Shown in pieces: positions 1-13,649 of a stretch of DNA of 64,000 nt. Both the position numbers and the translations under genes were made by a program. Within the stretch, counting starts at the first letter, position 1, and each line of letters begins with the position of its first letter. The stretch covers positions 982,344 to 1,046,343 of the forward strand of contig CAJINV010000013.1 of the NCBI GenBank assembly GCA_905178155.1. The letters run 5' to 3'. The notes under the pieces are model-generated. The model was not told the origin of the DNA, did not search any database, and saw nothing but the letters and a program-made list of their open reading frames with translations. The stretch comes from Amoebophrya sp. A120 (taxonomy: Eukaryota > Protista > Dinoflagellata).

Positions 1-120
1 TCTTCGTACAACTCTAGTTCGCGGTGCAAGGCGAAGACTTTTGCGAAAACACGGGCAGGGAGATTCTTCACGCTGTCGGGCAAGCCTTCTATCGCCACCA
101 GGACGGCACCTGGGTGGCGG
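1..120 (-). CDS. Possible coding exon running off the left edge; product unknown
   Basis: Open minus frame RHPGAVLVAIEGLPDSVKNLPARVFAKVFALHRELELYE, co-oriented with all other host genes; no recognisable domain. Confidence 0.3.
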
Positions 121-2569
121 AATAGCGATGTCTGAGTTGTCAAGATACGGTGTTCGTGTGCACGTCCACTCTGAAGAAGAATGAGAAAAGACAATAACAC
201 AATGTCAATGGACAAGCACGAGAATGATGATGATGATGATGACAACTCTAGTTCTAGGTAGCCCCGACATGAATACTTTTGCGTTCTATCTTCAATTACA
301 GAGCCAGACAATTTGAATCGCATCTAAAAAGCCCCATGAAGAGAAACAAATCATTTGTGAGGAGCGTTGTCTTCCCTGCAGGTATCCCCTGCTGCGCGGC
401 ATCCACCTTCGTTTATTAGTGCTCTGAAATTATTTTTGTGTGATATTGCCCACAGTGGAGACGATGTGGGCAACTCGCCGAACAATACAAAGAAGGCAAT
501 GGACGAAGAAACCGAGAGTGGAGACTCAACATACAAGGCGAAGGTAACCATCTCCGAACATGTGTCAGAAATGAATTGAAGGAAACCACGCCTCACGTTT
601 CCAATTTATTTCCGCTAAGCTTGATGTCGATCCCAACAACAAACAACTACGCGCAAGAAGAGTCTATCTATAACAAAGCAGGGCAACGCCATGATCAATT
701 TACCTCGTGTATAAGGAGGAAGAATAACTCATCACATGGGTGTTCCTTGACCTGCTCAATGCAACCACCTCCTTGCGGAGACGCGCCAGATCGGACAGAC
801 TACAGCGCGCACCTAGCTGATCCTTGTTTCTTGATAGACGAAAACCACAAAGGAGTTGGACGAACTCCATGAATGTCGACGATTCATCGGTCGGGAATTT
901 TCAAATATCTCATATCATTCCTTTCCGATGTGATAATTTTGAGATCGATAGATTCATGGAGATGGATGGACCATAAGATCGATTATGGGTGTATGAAATC
1001 GAATATTTTGGGGTCATATGATTGGAAGACTCTTTTCTCGATCTGGATTCTGTTTAATTTTTATTTTTTTAATGGATTTTATAGAGTGTCGAGATCGACA
1101 GATAAAAAATGAAAATCTGAAGATTGATCGAAATAATAAATTATGGTAGTTCAGGATCTGGATTGATGTCAGAACGAAAATATTTTTTTTTTCGAAAATT
1201 TTTCCAGGATGAGATTCTGCATATTATTATTATCTTCAAGATATTTACAAAAAATAAAATCGGAAAATGATTTTCGAACTCTTCAAAAATGAAAAATTTG
1301 GATCGATCCATATTTCGAAATTTTTTGGGAATATTTCGAAAGAATTCTGGAATCTCGGAATATTGGAATCTCGGAACAGAATTCGGTGAATCTCGGAATG
1401 TGTTACAAGATTCGATTCAATATGAAAATATATCTTCTTTTCCTATTCTGAAATTAATATTCAAATTGTTGGAAAATCAAAATCTATACCATAGAAATTC
1501 CCAAAGATGAGATATTCTTATTCATTTTTTCAATCCAACAAGATAAGATCCGTGAAGAATGGATTCATTTGTGTTTGTTTGTTTGTAGACATGCGATAAG
1601 GTGGAAATATGATTATTCACCTTTTTTGAAGTTTGCTTGAAAAAATATTCAATGACTGCTACGACCGATAATGCTAGTGTGCAACTGTTTTAAAAATAGC
1701 AGCGACCTGCTGGCGTCCATTTTCATCTTTATTGCAACCCAAACAGAACCAGATGAAAGATTTTCTATCTTCTTCGATCCTGTGTTGTTCACATCTATTA
1801 CACGTTGCCATGAGTTGAGATCAATCAAGACCTGGGAATTACATCAACAACAGATGATTACAACCGATAGAGGAACGAATAGAACCAATCTACTCAGGAA
1901 AAAGTTTTCAAATGGAACTCTCATCCAGCTCTTCAAAAGTTTAAGGTAACGGCGCTAGCAGTTGGCATGGACTTTTGTTGCGCACGTGGTATCTATAGAT
2001 TCTTCAATCTGAAGAGCCACATCACCGAGCTTCTTGTGCCATCGTTGCCATTCATTGTTCGCACTCATATTTCGCCTGTTGGTATTCGTCATCGCTTTTG
2101 AAGATGGTCGGACAAAGCAGCCGCAGATCAGGATTTCTTCGAAAATAAAAATTCAAACCACACGCCAGCTAATCTCTGAAGTTGTCACTCACAGGCAATG
2201 TTGACAACAGCGAAAACGTCAAGCGTTAAGCAAGTCAGGTGGTCGAACTAGAAGTCTACGTGGGTGCTGGTCGTCGATAGTGATCGGCTCGATGCCATGA
2301 ACATTATCACTTCGGACCTTAAAAGTCGATGATGCTTACGCTTAGCTTCAAGAGAAAAATTCGCGCGCCTCGTCGTGGCTTCTATTGTGGTTCATTATAG
2401 CATGATCCTTACTTGCTTTGTAGTAGATTTTTGAACTTGATTTTGCTGCTTCCGCACTATTCGTCCGCTTACGAATATCGAGTGTGTTCTTGTTCTTGAA
2501 AAAGTTTTTCTACAACGCGGTTCTTTTTTGTAGATGCGTCTGTTTCTGTAGCTAAGTAAAAAAACTTCC

Positions 2570-5500
2570 TCAATCCAGAGCTTCTTCTTGGACAGCAACC
2601 GCGTCGTCTTTGATCGGAGTCGTTTCGCTATCCAAGAAAAAACCTGTGTTAGTGTAACTTTCTTTGGTCGACAGCATCACAAATTTGCTCTACCTGACAG
2701 AGAAAACCTGTCATGCGTGGCTTGTAAGGGAAAACACACACGAATAGAGGACTTCATCATGGCTGTCTGGCATGACAGCTGTAACTCTGTTGCATGTTCT
2801 GCAACACAAATTTACACTTACACAGTTTTTTTCTTGCATATCCGCTGGTTTCATCAGCGTCGACAAAGTCGTCGTCCGCGGTTCCGTTCGGAGTTGTGGT
2901 CACCACAGCCGCCATTTTATCCGCAGCTGCCAGCTGTTCCACGACTTTACTTTCGTGGGCCATGACAGCATCCGCGGACGTGGTCGTCGTACCCTCTCCA
3001 TCTTTGGTTTCTTCAGCCCCTTCTTGCACGGATGATACTTATGCATTGCAACATTTTTTGTCTGGATCATCTAATAAGGGAACCGAGCTTCTGCTCGCGG
3101 CTGTAGCTGTAGGTCGTGGTCACACAAAAGTAAGTATGTCTCTCTTGCATACATGTTGCCACTTCTGGTTTATTCCTTGTATGTTCTTCGACTGGACCCA
3201 GACAAGAACTATACTATACTTGCTGTGGATAATGTTGATGCTCCTACGGCCACTCCTGCTGTGCCATTTTGCGGAGGTTCTACTGCCGTCTCCACGTCGC
3301 CTGTTGACGCTGCGGTCTTTTTGTTCGTCCCGTCCTTGTCATCTGCGTTCTTCTCAGTTCCTGCAGTCTCTTCCTTTTCATCCTCGGTCGCCGTCGTGAC
3401 GCCGGTCGACGCAGGCATGGCGTTGAGCCGGGCCAGCTGCGCCTCGAGTCCCTTCGCCCATCTGGCGTCGTTATCCTGTGCAAAAGTATCGCACTCGTAT
3501 TGTAATCATGCATCACAAATTTTCTTCTCAAGGTAAATCCGCATTACAAATTTAAGTTCTCATGCTGAGGAAATTTGTATATGCATTTATACGAGTACGA
3601 TACTTTTGCAATGCATAGTCGTCGAGTTCTGAGTCCAGGTTGTCTTTGTCGTTGTTTCTTATCAAATGGAAAATAAGTAGGAGCGCTCCCCCGAGAGGGA
3701 ACAAAGTTGAGAACTCTTGCTGTAGCACGTGTACATGCACAAGCATACATTTGCGTTTCTTCCTCATTCTGGAGTACTTACATGCTTACCAGCTAGGAGG
3801 GAGCACATCAAGGACTTTCCATCTTGATATCTTTGGCAGAAGATTTCCCGCTGCCCTTGCCATTGGACTTACCGCCAAATCTATCACGAGAAAAAAGTGT
3901 TACAGTTACACACTCTCATGCACGACAAGCAAGACAAACAACCTCTGCCATGCAGGAAACGCTTGCCAGCGTCATTTCATTCGTGTTTTCCCTTAATATA
4001 GTCTGCGCATTACAAGTTTTCTTTGCCATGCAGAGCAAGTTTGTGATGCTGAAATTACAACAAATGTGTAACTGTAACACTTTTTTCCTGTGATAAAATC
4101 CGCCTTTCTTGCCCGACTGCTGGTGACCTATGGATTGTAAAAATGTCTGGGTCTGGAAGATTCTGACACTTGTCATGCACGTTTTGCATGAGCCCTAATG
4201 TCTGTGATGCATCCCCTAGCAATACAGATTTTTTGAGAGCTTCTTGATGCGTATTCCGCATGACAAATGCCTCCTCAGCGTAGCAAAAATTGCCTTTCTT
4301 TTGGAACTCATGCAATACAAATTTTTTTGGAATCCAAATGCAGCATCACAAGTTGCATTCTTCCAGACCCAGACATTTTTACATTTGATATGACCTCCTT
4401 TGCTGCCACTGTAGGTCGCGTTGCCGGTTTGGCCAGGCGGGGCACTCGCACCTGGAGAAAAGAAGACAAGACGAACTGTGGAACAACTACGGAGCAGCGA
4501 TAAAATCGAGGACGAAAAAGTTTTGGCGATGTTACTTATTTGAAAAGCAAAAGGCACACTGCGAAAATACTACCCTTTTAGTTATCGTGCATCAAAAGAA
4601 AAAACGACAGAGTCACTTAATCAGAATACTGCTTCCAGTCGGGTCCCAGGTCCAGATGAATTTTTCTTCACTATCGGTCAATGTATGCACTTTGAATTTC
4701 AATTTCTTGAGTTTTGCCATGCACAAATAGTAGTAGACCACGCTAGTACGGTCATACGCAACCGCAAGCTAAGACGATGTGCTGCTCAAGAAAGCATCAA
4801 AGCATCCTCAAGATAGATACAGGAGAAGGTTCGCGTGCTAAAAAAGGTACATAAAGAAGCATGGCAAATCTAGAAGAAATATTTCAACTTCGATAACCGC
4901 GCGTCCAAATTGCTGATCCCTTTTCCTTCGAGACTTCGCGCTGCATTGATTTAAAAGTGTGCGAGTTCAACAACAGAATCCTTTGACAGTTGGTCTTTTA
5001 ATATGATGGACGTGATCGAGAAAATGCGTCACGATCATGTTCGTGTCGGTGTGGTTCATCATCAAAAACAGATACTACAAAATATCTTACCAGCACAAAG
5101 TGATTTTCGTAACTTGAGTCGCAAAGCTCGTTGGTTGCCTTCCTTTGTGGACGTGCAAAATTTCTTTCTTTTCCCGAAAGAACTGCTCTCAAAACGCGAA
5201 GATCCTGCTGGGGCTTTCTGCAAACACGGCTACAAGAAAAAATGGTCTTCACAGAAAGCCTTCAGATTCTCGTGTCGCCGACGCAGGCATTACGATAGTA
5301 CATGAAACACTCATTCGGGAAGTAAAAGAACTTTTGTGTTTTCTTAGGTTCAAGAAAAATCGTTTCGACCATGATATTGGATTTGACGCGTCTCTTGCTG
5401 ATACCGTCCATCTTGTACCTCGGAGATGTTGTTTTGAGTGATGATGTGGTCGTCGAAGAGGACGTTGTTTCATACGAATACGCGACTCGCTCCAAATACA

Positions 5501-7565
5501 GACCTTCTCATTCGCTACATCGAACTCCTTGAGCTTGAAGATCATTTTCATTGTGCTAAATTTGTGTATTGAAAATGTTTTCGCTGATACCTTGTACGTA
5601 CACCCGGTTCCGTGCTGGCCGCATGAAGCTATTCGCAATCCAGTGGTTGCCCTGAAGTTCCTCCAGTTTCGCTTTGATATCTTCTGGTAAATCTGCGTCG
5701 GTTGGTATGGAGCTGGAAAAAATCTCTCTGTTCTTTTCGGTCGCTTGGTTTTTCTTCTTTGCTCTAAATCACATCATCTGTTGATGATCAGCACCCGGAT
5801 GTTGAGAGTCAGTGTCATCTTTTGGTGCCATGCTCATGCATGAGGATAATTTCCAGTTCGGTCCTCGGACAAGCCAAGGCAAAATACAAAATTGCAAAAC
5901 ATCGAAAAACATATGGAACGAACAGAAATAGGCTTTTCTTCAACTCCCATACACATCTCTATTGGGTGCATGGATTCGACCCACTTTTTACCTTGTTTTT
6001 TTTGGTTTTCTTTGCCCGGGGCGTAATATTCTTGAATCTGAATCATCGAAGGAACTACGAAAAAACAGAAACAGTTTGCGACTATGCTCCGCTTCCACAC
6101 AGTAAGAATACGCATGGGAAAAATTCCAGTCGCCATGCAAATCAGCACGAAACACAAGCGCAAGATTTTTGCAGCGAGGACCACACTTCTACCACCTACT
6201 GCTACAACTACAAGTACCAGCTCCTTTTCCGCTTCCGTAGCCTCCTTTTTTTCCGCCACCACCGCCGTATTTGCCACCGCCCCCGGAGCCAAACTTGCCT
6301 CCGCCACTGAACTTGCCACCCCCTTTACTTCCGCCACCCCCGAAGGAGGATCCACCCCCGCCGAATTTTCCCCCGGGTCCGCCGTTTCCTTTCGGGTGCT
6401 GATGTCCTCCACCGCCCTTCGGTCCCCCTGCACTGTACCCGTTCATGCCACCACCAAAATTCGGCCCGCCGGGTGGTCCGCCCATGCCGGGAGCGCCACC
6501 GCCTCCCATTCCGCCGTTGTAGGGCTGATGTTGGTGTTGTCCTCCCATCGGATGTTGTGGCCCTGGGGGGCCCATCCCGCCACCTGGCGCCATACCTACA
6601 CCTCCTCCAGGGCCGCCTTTCATCAACATCGGGCCGCCGGGATGTTGATGACCACCCGCCGCGCCGGGTGGTGGACCTCCCATCATCATCGGGCCGCCTT
6701 TCATCATCGGCATTCCGGGGTTCATAGATGGAGGGTAGGCCGGACCGCCGGGGCCCGCCATGTATGCAAGAAGAAAACTGTGTAGTAAGTGTCATGTAAA
6801 GCATGCAACGTCGTTACACTTGTCATGCTGGCCAGCCATAAAAACGTCGTGTCCTCTGTTCATACGCAATGGCCATTTCGATTTCACGCACTAGCTGTGC
6901 ATGATTCTCGTCATGCAGAGCAGATTTGTCATGCTCTTACCCCAACAACAAGACACCTACGCTAACACCGTTTTTTTGTTGGATACCATGGCGGCGGGGT
7001 GCATGGGGTGGTGATTCAGTGCTGCCACACCGGGGTGCATGCCAAAGCCCGGCGCGCCGGGTGGTGGTTGCGACGGGTTCGGCGGGAGTTGCTGCGGTAC
7101 TGGTTGTCCCTTTGCATCTTATCCACGCGGAAAGAAGTTATTTACGGCCTCTGTGTCAACAATTCAAATAAATGGAAAAGAAGGAAAAAAAATTTGATTT
7201 CCTTTGCGAATGTGGTCCGTACAGATCAGGAGGTAGAAATCAGAATTCCGAGAAGTTGATGCTCATCTTTAACATACATGATGCTGTTGACGCGGCACCG
7301 CGCCATCAAAACAACTTATTTGTTTTCCAGGCCGTCGACTGCAAAAGTTCTTTCAACTTTGTTGACTCAGCACAGACCGCACTTTGCTCCGGGTGGATAC
7401 TGCAAAGGGCATTGGTTGCCCCGGTGGTGCCTGCCCCGGGGGAAGGCCTTTTGCTCGCGCGACGTCAGGTCCGGGTGCCGGTGGGGAACTCATCGGAGGC
7501 TGCGGTTGCGACGGTGGCGGGGGGCCTGTGCCGGTTGGCGCGCCGGCCATACCGGTGAGATCCAT
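2570..7565 (-). CDS. Multi-exon Gly/Pro-rich low-complexity protein with an LDSELDD (FoP/ALY C-terminal-like) motif; possibly RNA-binding
   Basis: Exons join in frame after removing introns/introners: MDLTGMAGAP...HPAAM|AGPGGP...GKGAG|ASAPPGQ...SKGG|HQQSGKKGGF|GGKSNG...LDSELDD|ARWAKGLEAQL...SIV|SSVQEGAEE...TS|ETTPIKDD...EALD*. Includes an in-phase 1.77-kb GT-AG intron at 4452-6217. Confidence 0.7.
2629..2840. mobile_element. IR-introner (TATCCAAGAAAAAA family)
   Basis: Ends TATCCAAGAAAAAAC...GTTTTTTTCTTGCATA; flanks TTCGC/TCCGC; similar throughout to 24981-25180; removal restores frame. Confidence 0.85.
3040..3210. mobile_element. Degenerate IR-introner
   Basis: ATACT direct repeat on both sides; TGTCTGGATC / GACCCAGACA inverted remnants; removal gives in-frame SIV-SSVQ. 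Confidence 0.6.
3472..3617. mobile_element. IR-introner (GCAAAAGTATCG family)
   Basis: TIR TGCAAAAGTATCGCACTCGTA / TACGAGTACGATACTTTTGCA; perfect TSD GTCGT; related to 50533-50687. Confidence 0.9.
3882..4095. mobile_element. IR-introner (GAAAAAAGTGTTACAGTTACAC family)
   Basis: ~30-bp TIR, perfect TSD AAATC; close full-length relative at 59899-60115. Confidence 0.92.
4129..4390. mobile_element. IR-introner family A (TGTCTGGGTCTGGAA)
   Basis: TIR TGTAAAAATGTCTGGGTCTGGAAGA, TSD TGACC; reads GT...AG on the minus strand using TSD bases. Confidence 0.92.
6763..6985. mobile_element. IR-introner
   Basis: TATGCAAGAAGAAAAC...GTTTTTTTGTTGGATA; perfect TSD CCATG; internal TGTCATGC motifs. Confidence 0.85.
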
Positions 7566-9291
7566 AATTCTGGAAATTTGGCTCTTGCAACGTCAAGGGA
7601 GAGTTTTTTTATACTACATAGTCGTTCGTGTTAGCTTGGAAGCGTAGTTACATTCCGTTATATAATTTTCGACCGATTTGTTCAAACGCTGCAAACATCA
7701 ATTCGTGCAGCACTTACTTTGTTTCAGGAGTTACTTGCGTTGCTATATTGCCTGGGGGAAGTAGCAATAGGAATAGCGCACAGGAATAGCGCGGTTGATG
7801 TCTAGCTAGACCAACGGACAAAGTGCTGGGAGGTGGTTCGTATATTAGAAAAAGATACTTTCTATCTTATCAGCTTCGCAGTCGTCGCGCAACGTGATCA
7901 CTTCCTCGCGGAAAGTAGTAAGAGATTGTATGTTGGGGTTGGGCCCCCCGCTACTGCGCTGGGGTGGACACTTGAACTAACTTCGACATGCACCACTTGC
8001 TAAAGCCAAGCATACGTCGCAGCCACATCAAAAATCGCTGAGACCTACGATCGCAAGTTGTTTTGATATCTATGTACAGCAGGAAATAAGTCCAGTTCTA
8101 TTTCCAAGAATCCGAAAGGCGCAACGTGAACATGAACATCTTTTGCTGAACATAACATAACTTCTCCGTCCATGAACATGAAGTGGGAGCCTTGTTCTGC
8201 ATTAACCGCGTCATCTTTTCTTGACTCACTTATTTCAGCGCTGTCTTAGTCAAGAAGAAAACCTCAATCAAGTTCCGTCACAAGATGAATTTCAACTTCC
8301 TTGTTCAGCTTTTGAAAGATAGCGGCCCGACCCTGACATCGGAGTCACAGTGGTTTTTTCCAATATCATACTTCTTGACGTGCCTTGGGTCTAGCCAGCC
8401 GATAGTAGGACGAGCACCTGCTGTACCCGACGGACTATGCAGTGGCCGCAGAAATCGCAAAAGAATTTTTCTACAAAATCATCAATTTCTATTTGGGTCA
8501 AATTAACAGAGATAATCCAGCGAATGGCTTTTACACGCCATGACAGAAGAAGTAGAACTAGAAGACAGACTGAGAAAGAAATTAAAATTAGCTTAGGCAT
8601 AGGCATACCCATAAAGAATAAACAGATACAAGTGTTGAAGTTGCAGATGCAGCGTCATACTTTTTTACAACATTATTGTCGGTCCGGACGCTAGCTCTTT
8701 CTTTCGGTACAGACACTTTCCCCGTAAGACCACAGGGAGACCACAGCAAAAAGAAGAAGAACCAGGGCGAGTATACTTTGATAAAATTTTACGACGACAT
8801 TCTGACTTGCAGTTGGTATGTACCGAAAGCAGATACGCAATCGCCAAAGAACATCTTTATTTCTTGGCAACGACGTATATCGTAGTTGAAGTTGTCAAAT
8901 TAAAGAAAAATCCTAGGAAGTATGTAAGCATATCCTACGTGAAAGTTGTTTTTCGCATAGCTCCTAGTGTTCGCGGGAATCCTTTTTTCCCACAATACCG
9001 ATTTCGTTGGAGTTGAAGACATTTCGTTTTCGTTCTCCGTTTGGAATTTTCATAAATAGAATCATTGCAAGCTCTACTTCATGAACACTTTCTCTACAAC
9101 TCATCAAGTTACATTCATATAGCAAATAGAAGGCAGAAGCAGGAAAGAAATAAAAAGATGTAACTGAGGACTGTGAACATTTTAGTTCATCTCCAGGATC
9201 GTCGTGGGCACCAAGTTGTATCTGGTCTGAAACAAGCAAAAAAAGATCCTAGTATGGAAAAGCACCTTCAAAGATGAAATCTTCCCACGAC

Positions 9292-12200
9292 CTACAACTC
9301 CACCTTGACGGGCGAGAACGCGTCTTGTGACACAGCCGTACTCAATTTCTGCCCGCTGCTGCTCCCACCAACATTGCCCGCCCGCACGTCCGTCGCGCTG
9401 CTCTCCTTCCTCAGGTTCTGCTTCATGTTCGCCGAGCTGGCCGTCGTTGATGAGGACGAGGTCGCGTCCGGGGAGGCCAGATTTCCAAAGTTATTCCCCA
9501 TCTTCAGCAATTCCGGCGAAGCCATGCTGTGCTTTGGAATCGAAGAAGACGCGACGCCACCTATGCTAATATTTCCAGCAGTTCCACCGAGTGCCGTCCC
9601 CGCGCCAGCAGCCGTTCCGGGAGCCGCTCCAGGAGCCCCGGGAAGTCTTGAGCTGCTCGTAGAGGAGCTCGCCGGATTCGTGCCGACTTTCACGCCGTTG
9701 ATTACCGTGGGCAGCTGTTGCGCGGCAGCGGCTGCGGCAGTAGGAATAGGTCCTCCTGTTGCTGATGCAATTCCAATTCCACTTCCTCCTGCGTTCAATT
9801 TCATTCCACCACTTGCTCCTGTGACGTTCACATCAGATCCGTAACCCGTTGCGAGGGAACTGGTCCCGGTCATTAGGCTTGAGGAGGAGGAAGAAGAAGT
9901 TTTTGAAGTCGTCCTTGACGCGTTCGTACTAGAGCCAGACTGCAGCTGCTGGTGTGCTGCCGCACTCGCTGTGGTGGCTCCACTCAACTTGCCGCCGGAG
10001 GTCAAGGAAATTGTACTGGCAGCGCTGCCGCCCACTTGCTCTGATCCGGTGGCAAGTGGTGGAAGTTGTCCTGTACCGCTGGTGCCACTAGTATTGTTGC
10101 CAGCAGCTTTATTCGAAGCGATCGTACCGTCGAGAAGCTTGACTAAGTTCCTCGCTTGCGGTCGGTTGCGCACCAAGACGATGTCGAACTCAAATTCGCC
10201 CTCGGAGACGGACTCGATCTCCGATTCCTGGAAGTGCGAGCGGTGCACGAAAACGTCCGCCTGGTTGAAGCGTTTGGCGGCGTCTTCGGATATGGCGTTC
10301 TCAAACGTTACATTCTCAACTGTTACATGAAATTTGTCATGCAAGAACGGCAAAAGTGAAAGGGAAAAGATTGGGCCTTTTGCATTACAGGTTTGGAGCA
10401 GATTATGATGCTATCTAGCGCGTCGAGAAGTTGTCATGCGGAGAAGGCTTGATCGTGTGGAGAGCGATAGTGTTTTTGCATGACAAATCATGTAACAGTT
10501 GAGAATGTAACATTTGAGAACGCCATATCGGAATCCAGAAAGGTGTACTCCGCATCTTGCGGAAAAGGACGGAGACGACCTGATAATTTGTTCGATTGTT
10601 GTTCCGTCGGTCCTCTGGTGCCGTAATTGATTGTCCTGCTGCAAGCGCTACCGCTAGCGGCGCAACATATATAGCGATATTACACGATATCATCGTAGAA
10701 GAATGTCAACAACACGATCCAGTCTGGCATTGCAAAGTTCCAGTACTTGTCTCACTGTACTATGTGTACCCGTAAACTTCGATCTGCCATCAGGCGGGGT
10801 AACCGCCGCTTCCTCCTCTTTCTGCTTTAATTGCGTCACCTCTCGTGCCTGTGGCTGGCCCTTCGCGTTTACCGAGACTTTGAACTGCACCTGGGGTTTA
10901 TTGTGGTGTCTGTCATTTCACCTTTTCATCATGCATTGCAAGTGGTCTCGCTCTCGCAGCAGGAGGAAGGAACTTGTAACTCTCAAGTTTACTGACCCAC
11001 AATGGTCAATGGATTTCATGATCCTGGCGGAAACACTACAACTGGTGTGGTAGTAACAACGAAGTAGTACCTGATCCCCCACTTCGAGGCCCTCAAACTG
11101 CTGTTTGTGCACGAAGACGTCGCGGTCGTACTGATCTTTCAATACCGCGCACGTAATGAAGCCGTAGCCCAAATTGGCGTTGAAGGTGCGAATTACGCCA
11201 CTGAAAACCTTGTCCGCCGGGGGCGCCTTCTTTTTTGCCACCTTCTCACTGATCTTCAATTCCACCGCCTGCGGCTGGTTTTTCTCGTTTAGCGTAAGCT
11301 GGAACTGCACCGGGAGCCCGGGCTCGATCTTGTCCGCGCCTGAGTATTTTTGTGGACGAAATTGATTAGATTAAGATTTACTATATGATTCACAGTACAT
11401 GCTGATGGTGTTGTACATGTACTAGTAAGTGCAAGACAAACATTTCTAAGTTGCGTCTTCGGCATCACAGATTCCAAGTTCTTTTACCTTCGATCTTTCT
11501 GTTGAAGAAGACATCGCGGTCGAATTTCATGTAGAGTTCTTCTTGTCGAATAAAACCAAAGCCCGAGGCGACGTTGAAGGTCTTTACCTGGTGTTTCATT
11601 TTTGTCGTGGTGCTTCATGATTTCATTTTCAAGAACTCCAGCGTCCCCTGTTGGTCATACAACGAATTGGTAAGAAAGCGGCAACTTGAGAATAACTGGT
11701 CTGAAGACATGCGGCGAGTGTTTTATCTGCATCCATCGCATCAAACAGAACAAGTTCTACTTGTAGAACCAGATCCAGAAGAGAAAACTATAATTCGTCT
11801 CATAATTTTTACCACGCCCTCGTAGACGCGGTCTTTGTCAAAACTGGGCTGTGGCGGCTTACTCGGCTGCATCCCGGGGTAAGAACTGGGGTAGAACGAC
11901 GGACCGCTTTGCGTCGGATAGAATGGCTGTGATTGCATCACTTTCTTTTCTTCCAAAGCACGAGCATGTATAATGGCACTGACGTTATTAAAAAAGTAGG
12001 GACATTTATTAAATGCAATTGCAACTACTGCAGGCAGAATGCTCAACATCTTCATTTATTTTACTACCTGCGCCCCCACATTCGCGCTCAAACTTGGAGG
12101 TAACTTTGGTGGGCCGCTTCCCCCGACACCAAAACTCGGTGGCGGCAACCCCGGTGCGGGGCCGATGCTGAAGTTGTTGTACATGTTTGTAGTCTGTTGC

Positions 12201-12622
12201 GTGAACGCCGAAGCCGTGTTTTGATGCGGGGGCAGGCCCGCCCCTCCCGCTCCAGGATTGTAATGCGTGTCTTGAGGGGAGGAGTTCGGGTTCATTCCAT
12301 GATACGGAGGACCAGCGCCCCCAGTCGCTAGCGGCGGGTTGGGGTTGTACCCGAAAGCAGCCGCGCCGCTCATCGGTGGTCCGTTATGATGTCCTGGGTT
12401 GTAGGAGGACAAGCCGGGGGGCGGAGAAGCAGCAGGGGAAACTTGATACTGCGCATACTGCTGACCGGTGGGCGGGAGCGGGTTGTAGGAAGCAGTGGTA
12501 CCAGGAACGGAATTCTGATGTAGTGTGTACTGCGAATGTTGCTGAAGCGGCGCTCCGTAAGCAGAACTAGTAGGACCTCCGTAGTTTGGAGGCGCTCCTG
12601 TAGGGTTCGGTGGGACAACCAT
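9292..12622 (-). CDS. Multi (about four) cold-shock-domain nucleic-acid-binding protein with Pro-rich N-terminus and Ser/Gly-rich C-terminus
   Basis: Exons encode VKTFNVASGFGFI...RDVFF, GVIRTFNANLGYGFITC...RDVFVH, QFKVSVNAKGQPQAREV and DVFVHRS...FDIVLVRNRPQARNL (RNP1/RNP2 CSD motifs). Confidence 0.85.
10291..10527. mobile_element. IR-introner (TTCTCAAATGTTACATTCTCAACTG family)
   Basis: 40-bp TIR with one mismatch, perfect TSD TCGGA; removal gives FLDS-EDAAKRF; sibling at 25232-25467. Confidence 0.95.
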
Positions 12623-13649
12623 CGTGGCGCAACCTCCTCGGTTCTGCCGCGCTGTTGAGATGAAAGAAGCAACGCCAACAACGAGCTACTACAACTGGTC
12701 TGCCTTTGCAACAAGATTATCGGCTTTTCTTGAATGATTTTTCAATGACAAAAAGGCTGAATCAAATCAAAGTCGTGAAAACAACTGCTATGAAAGCGGT
12801 TTTGGGACTGAAAGCTGCAATATTATACTAGAAGCCAAGTAAACGATTACGATTGGTTGGATAGAGATAGAAGAGTTTGAGATTGAGTTTATGCTCTCGC
12901 TTGCAACAAAATTCAAAATGCCAAAATTGTCAAAGAATAGAAAGTGATACTGAGACTGAGAAGAGCCGCACGAGCTGCTTTGCCTTTCAAACAATCAATA
13001 TGCATTGGCCACGAAAGAAGTGAAATCAACGAACTGGCCGAAAAATATCGGTGAGATAAACTACTGAGCACCAGGCTGCTAATGCGCAGCAGAGGTTTCG
13101 TTTCCTGTTTTTGGGATTATGGATTTTGGGAGACTGGAAAGAATGCCATAAAAGTTTTTGTGAGTGAGTGCACTCACTTCCTTGGGGAACACGACAAGAA
13201 AAGCAAAACCAAGGGTTCGACCGTCGGCCAAGAAAAACATTTGCTGACCCTCACAACAATGAAAAGCCAGGCACTAAGGGACAGGGACACACAGCTGGCC
13301 ATCCCGCAGAAGCATCGCTGAAAGTAGTTGCAGACGAGAAGTTCGCGGCTTCAAGACGAGCTTCTAGTATTGCATCGTCATATAGGTTCCTGCCATTTTT
13401 GTGCATTATTCAGAGCGGTTTTTGGATGTCTGTACGATGCGACACATCGCCAGTACCATCATCAAGAAAAACATCATGTAAACCTCAACAATTCAGTGCT
13501 CGTCTTCTTCCTGCGTCTCTGCCTCTGCGTCTGCCGATCGATAATCTTTGCTGACGTCGAGCCCATCTTCTGGCACGGCAACATCAAAAACAAGCTCCGG
13601 CAGGGGTAGGGACAGAGGGAACAGCAGGGTAGTAGAGCGAATAGGATTT

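Noticed and set aside
4990-5830. Decayed transposase inside the 1.77-kb intron
   Set aside because: Short ORFs only, with no convincing motif, TIR or TSD.
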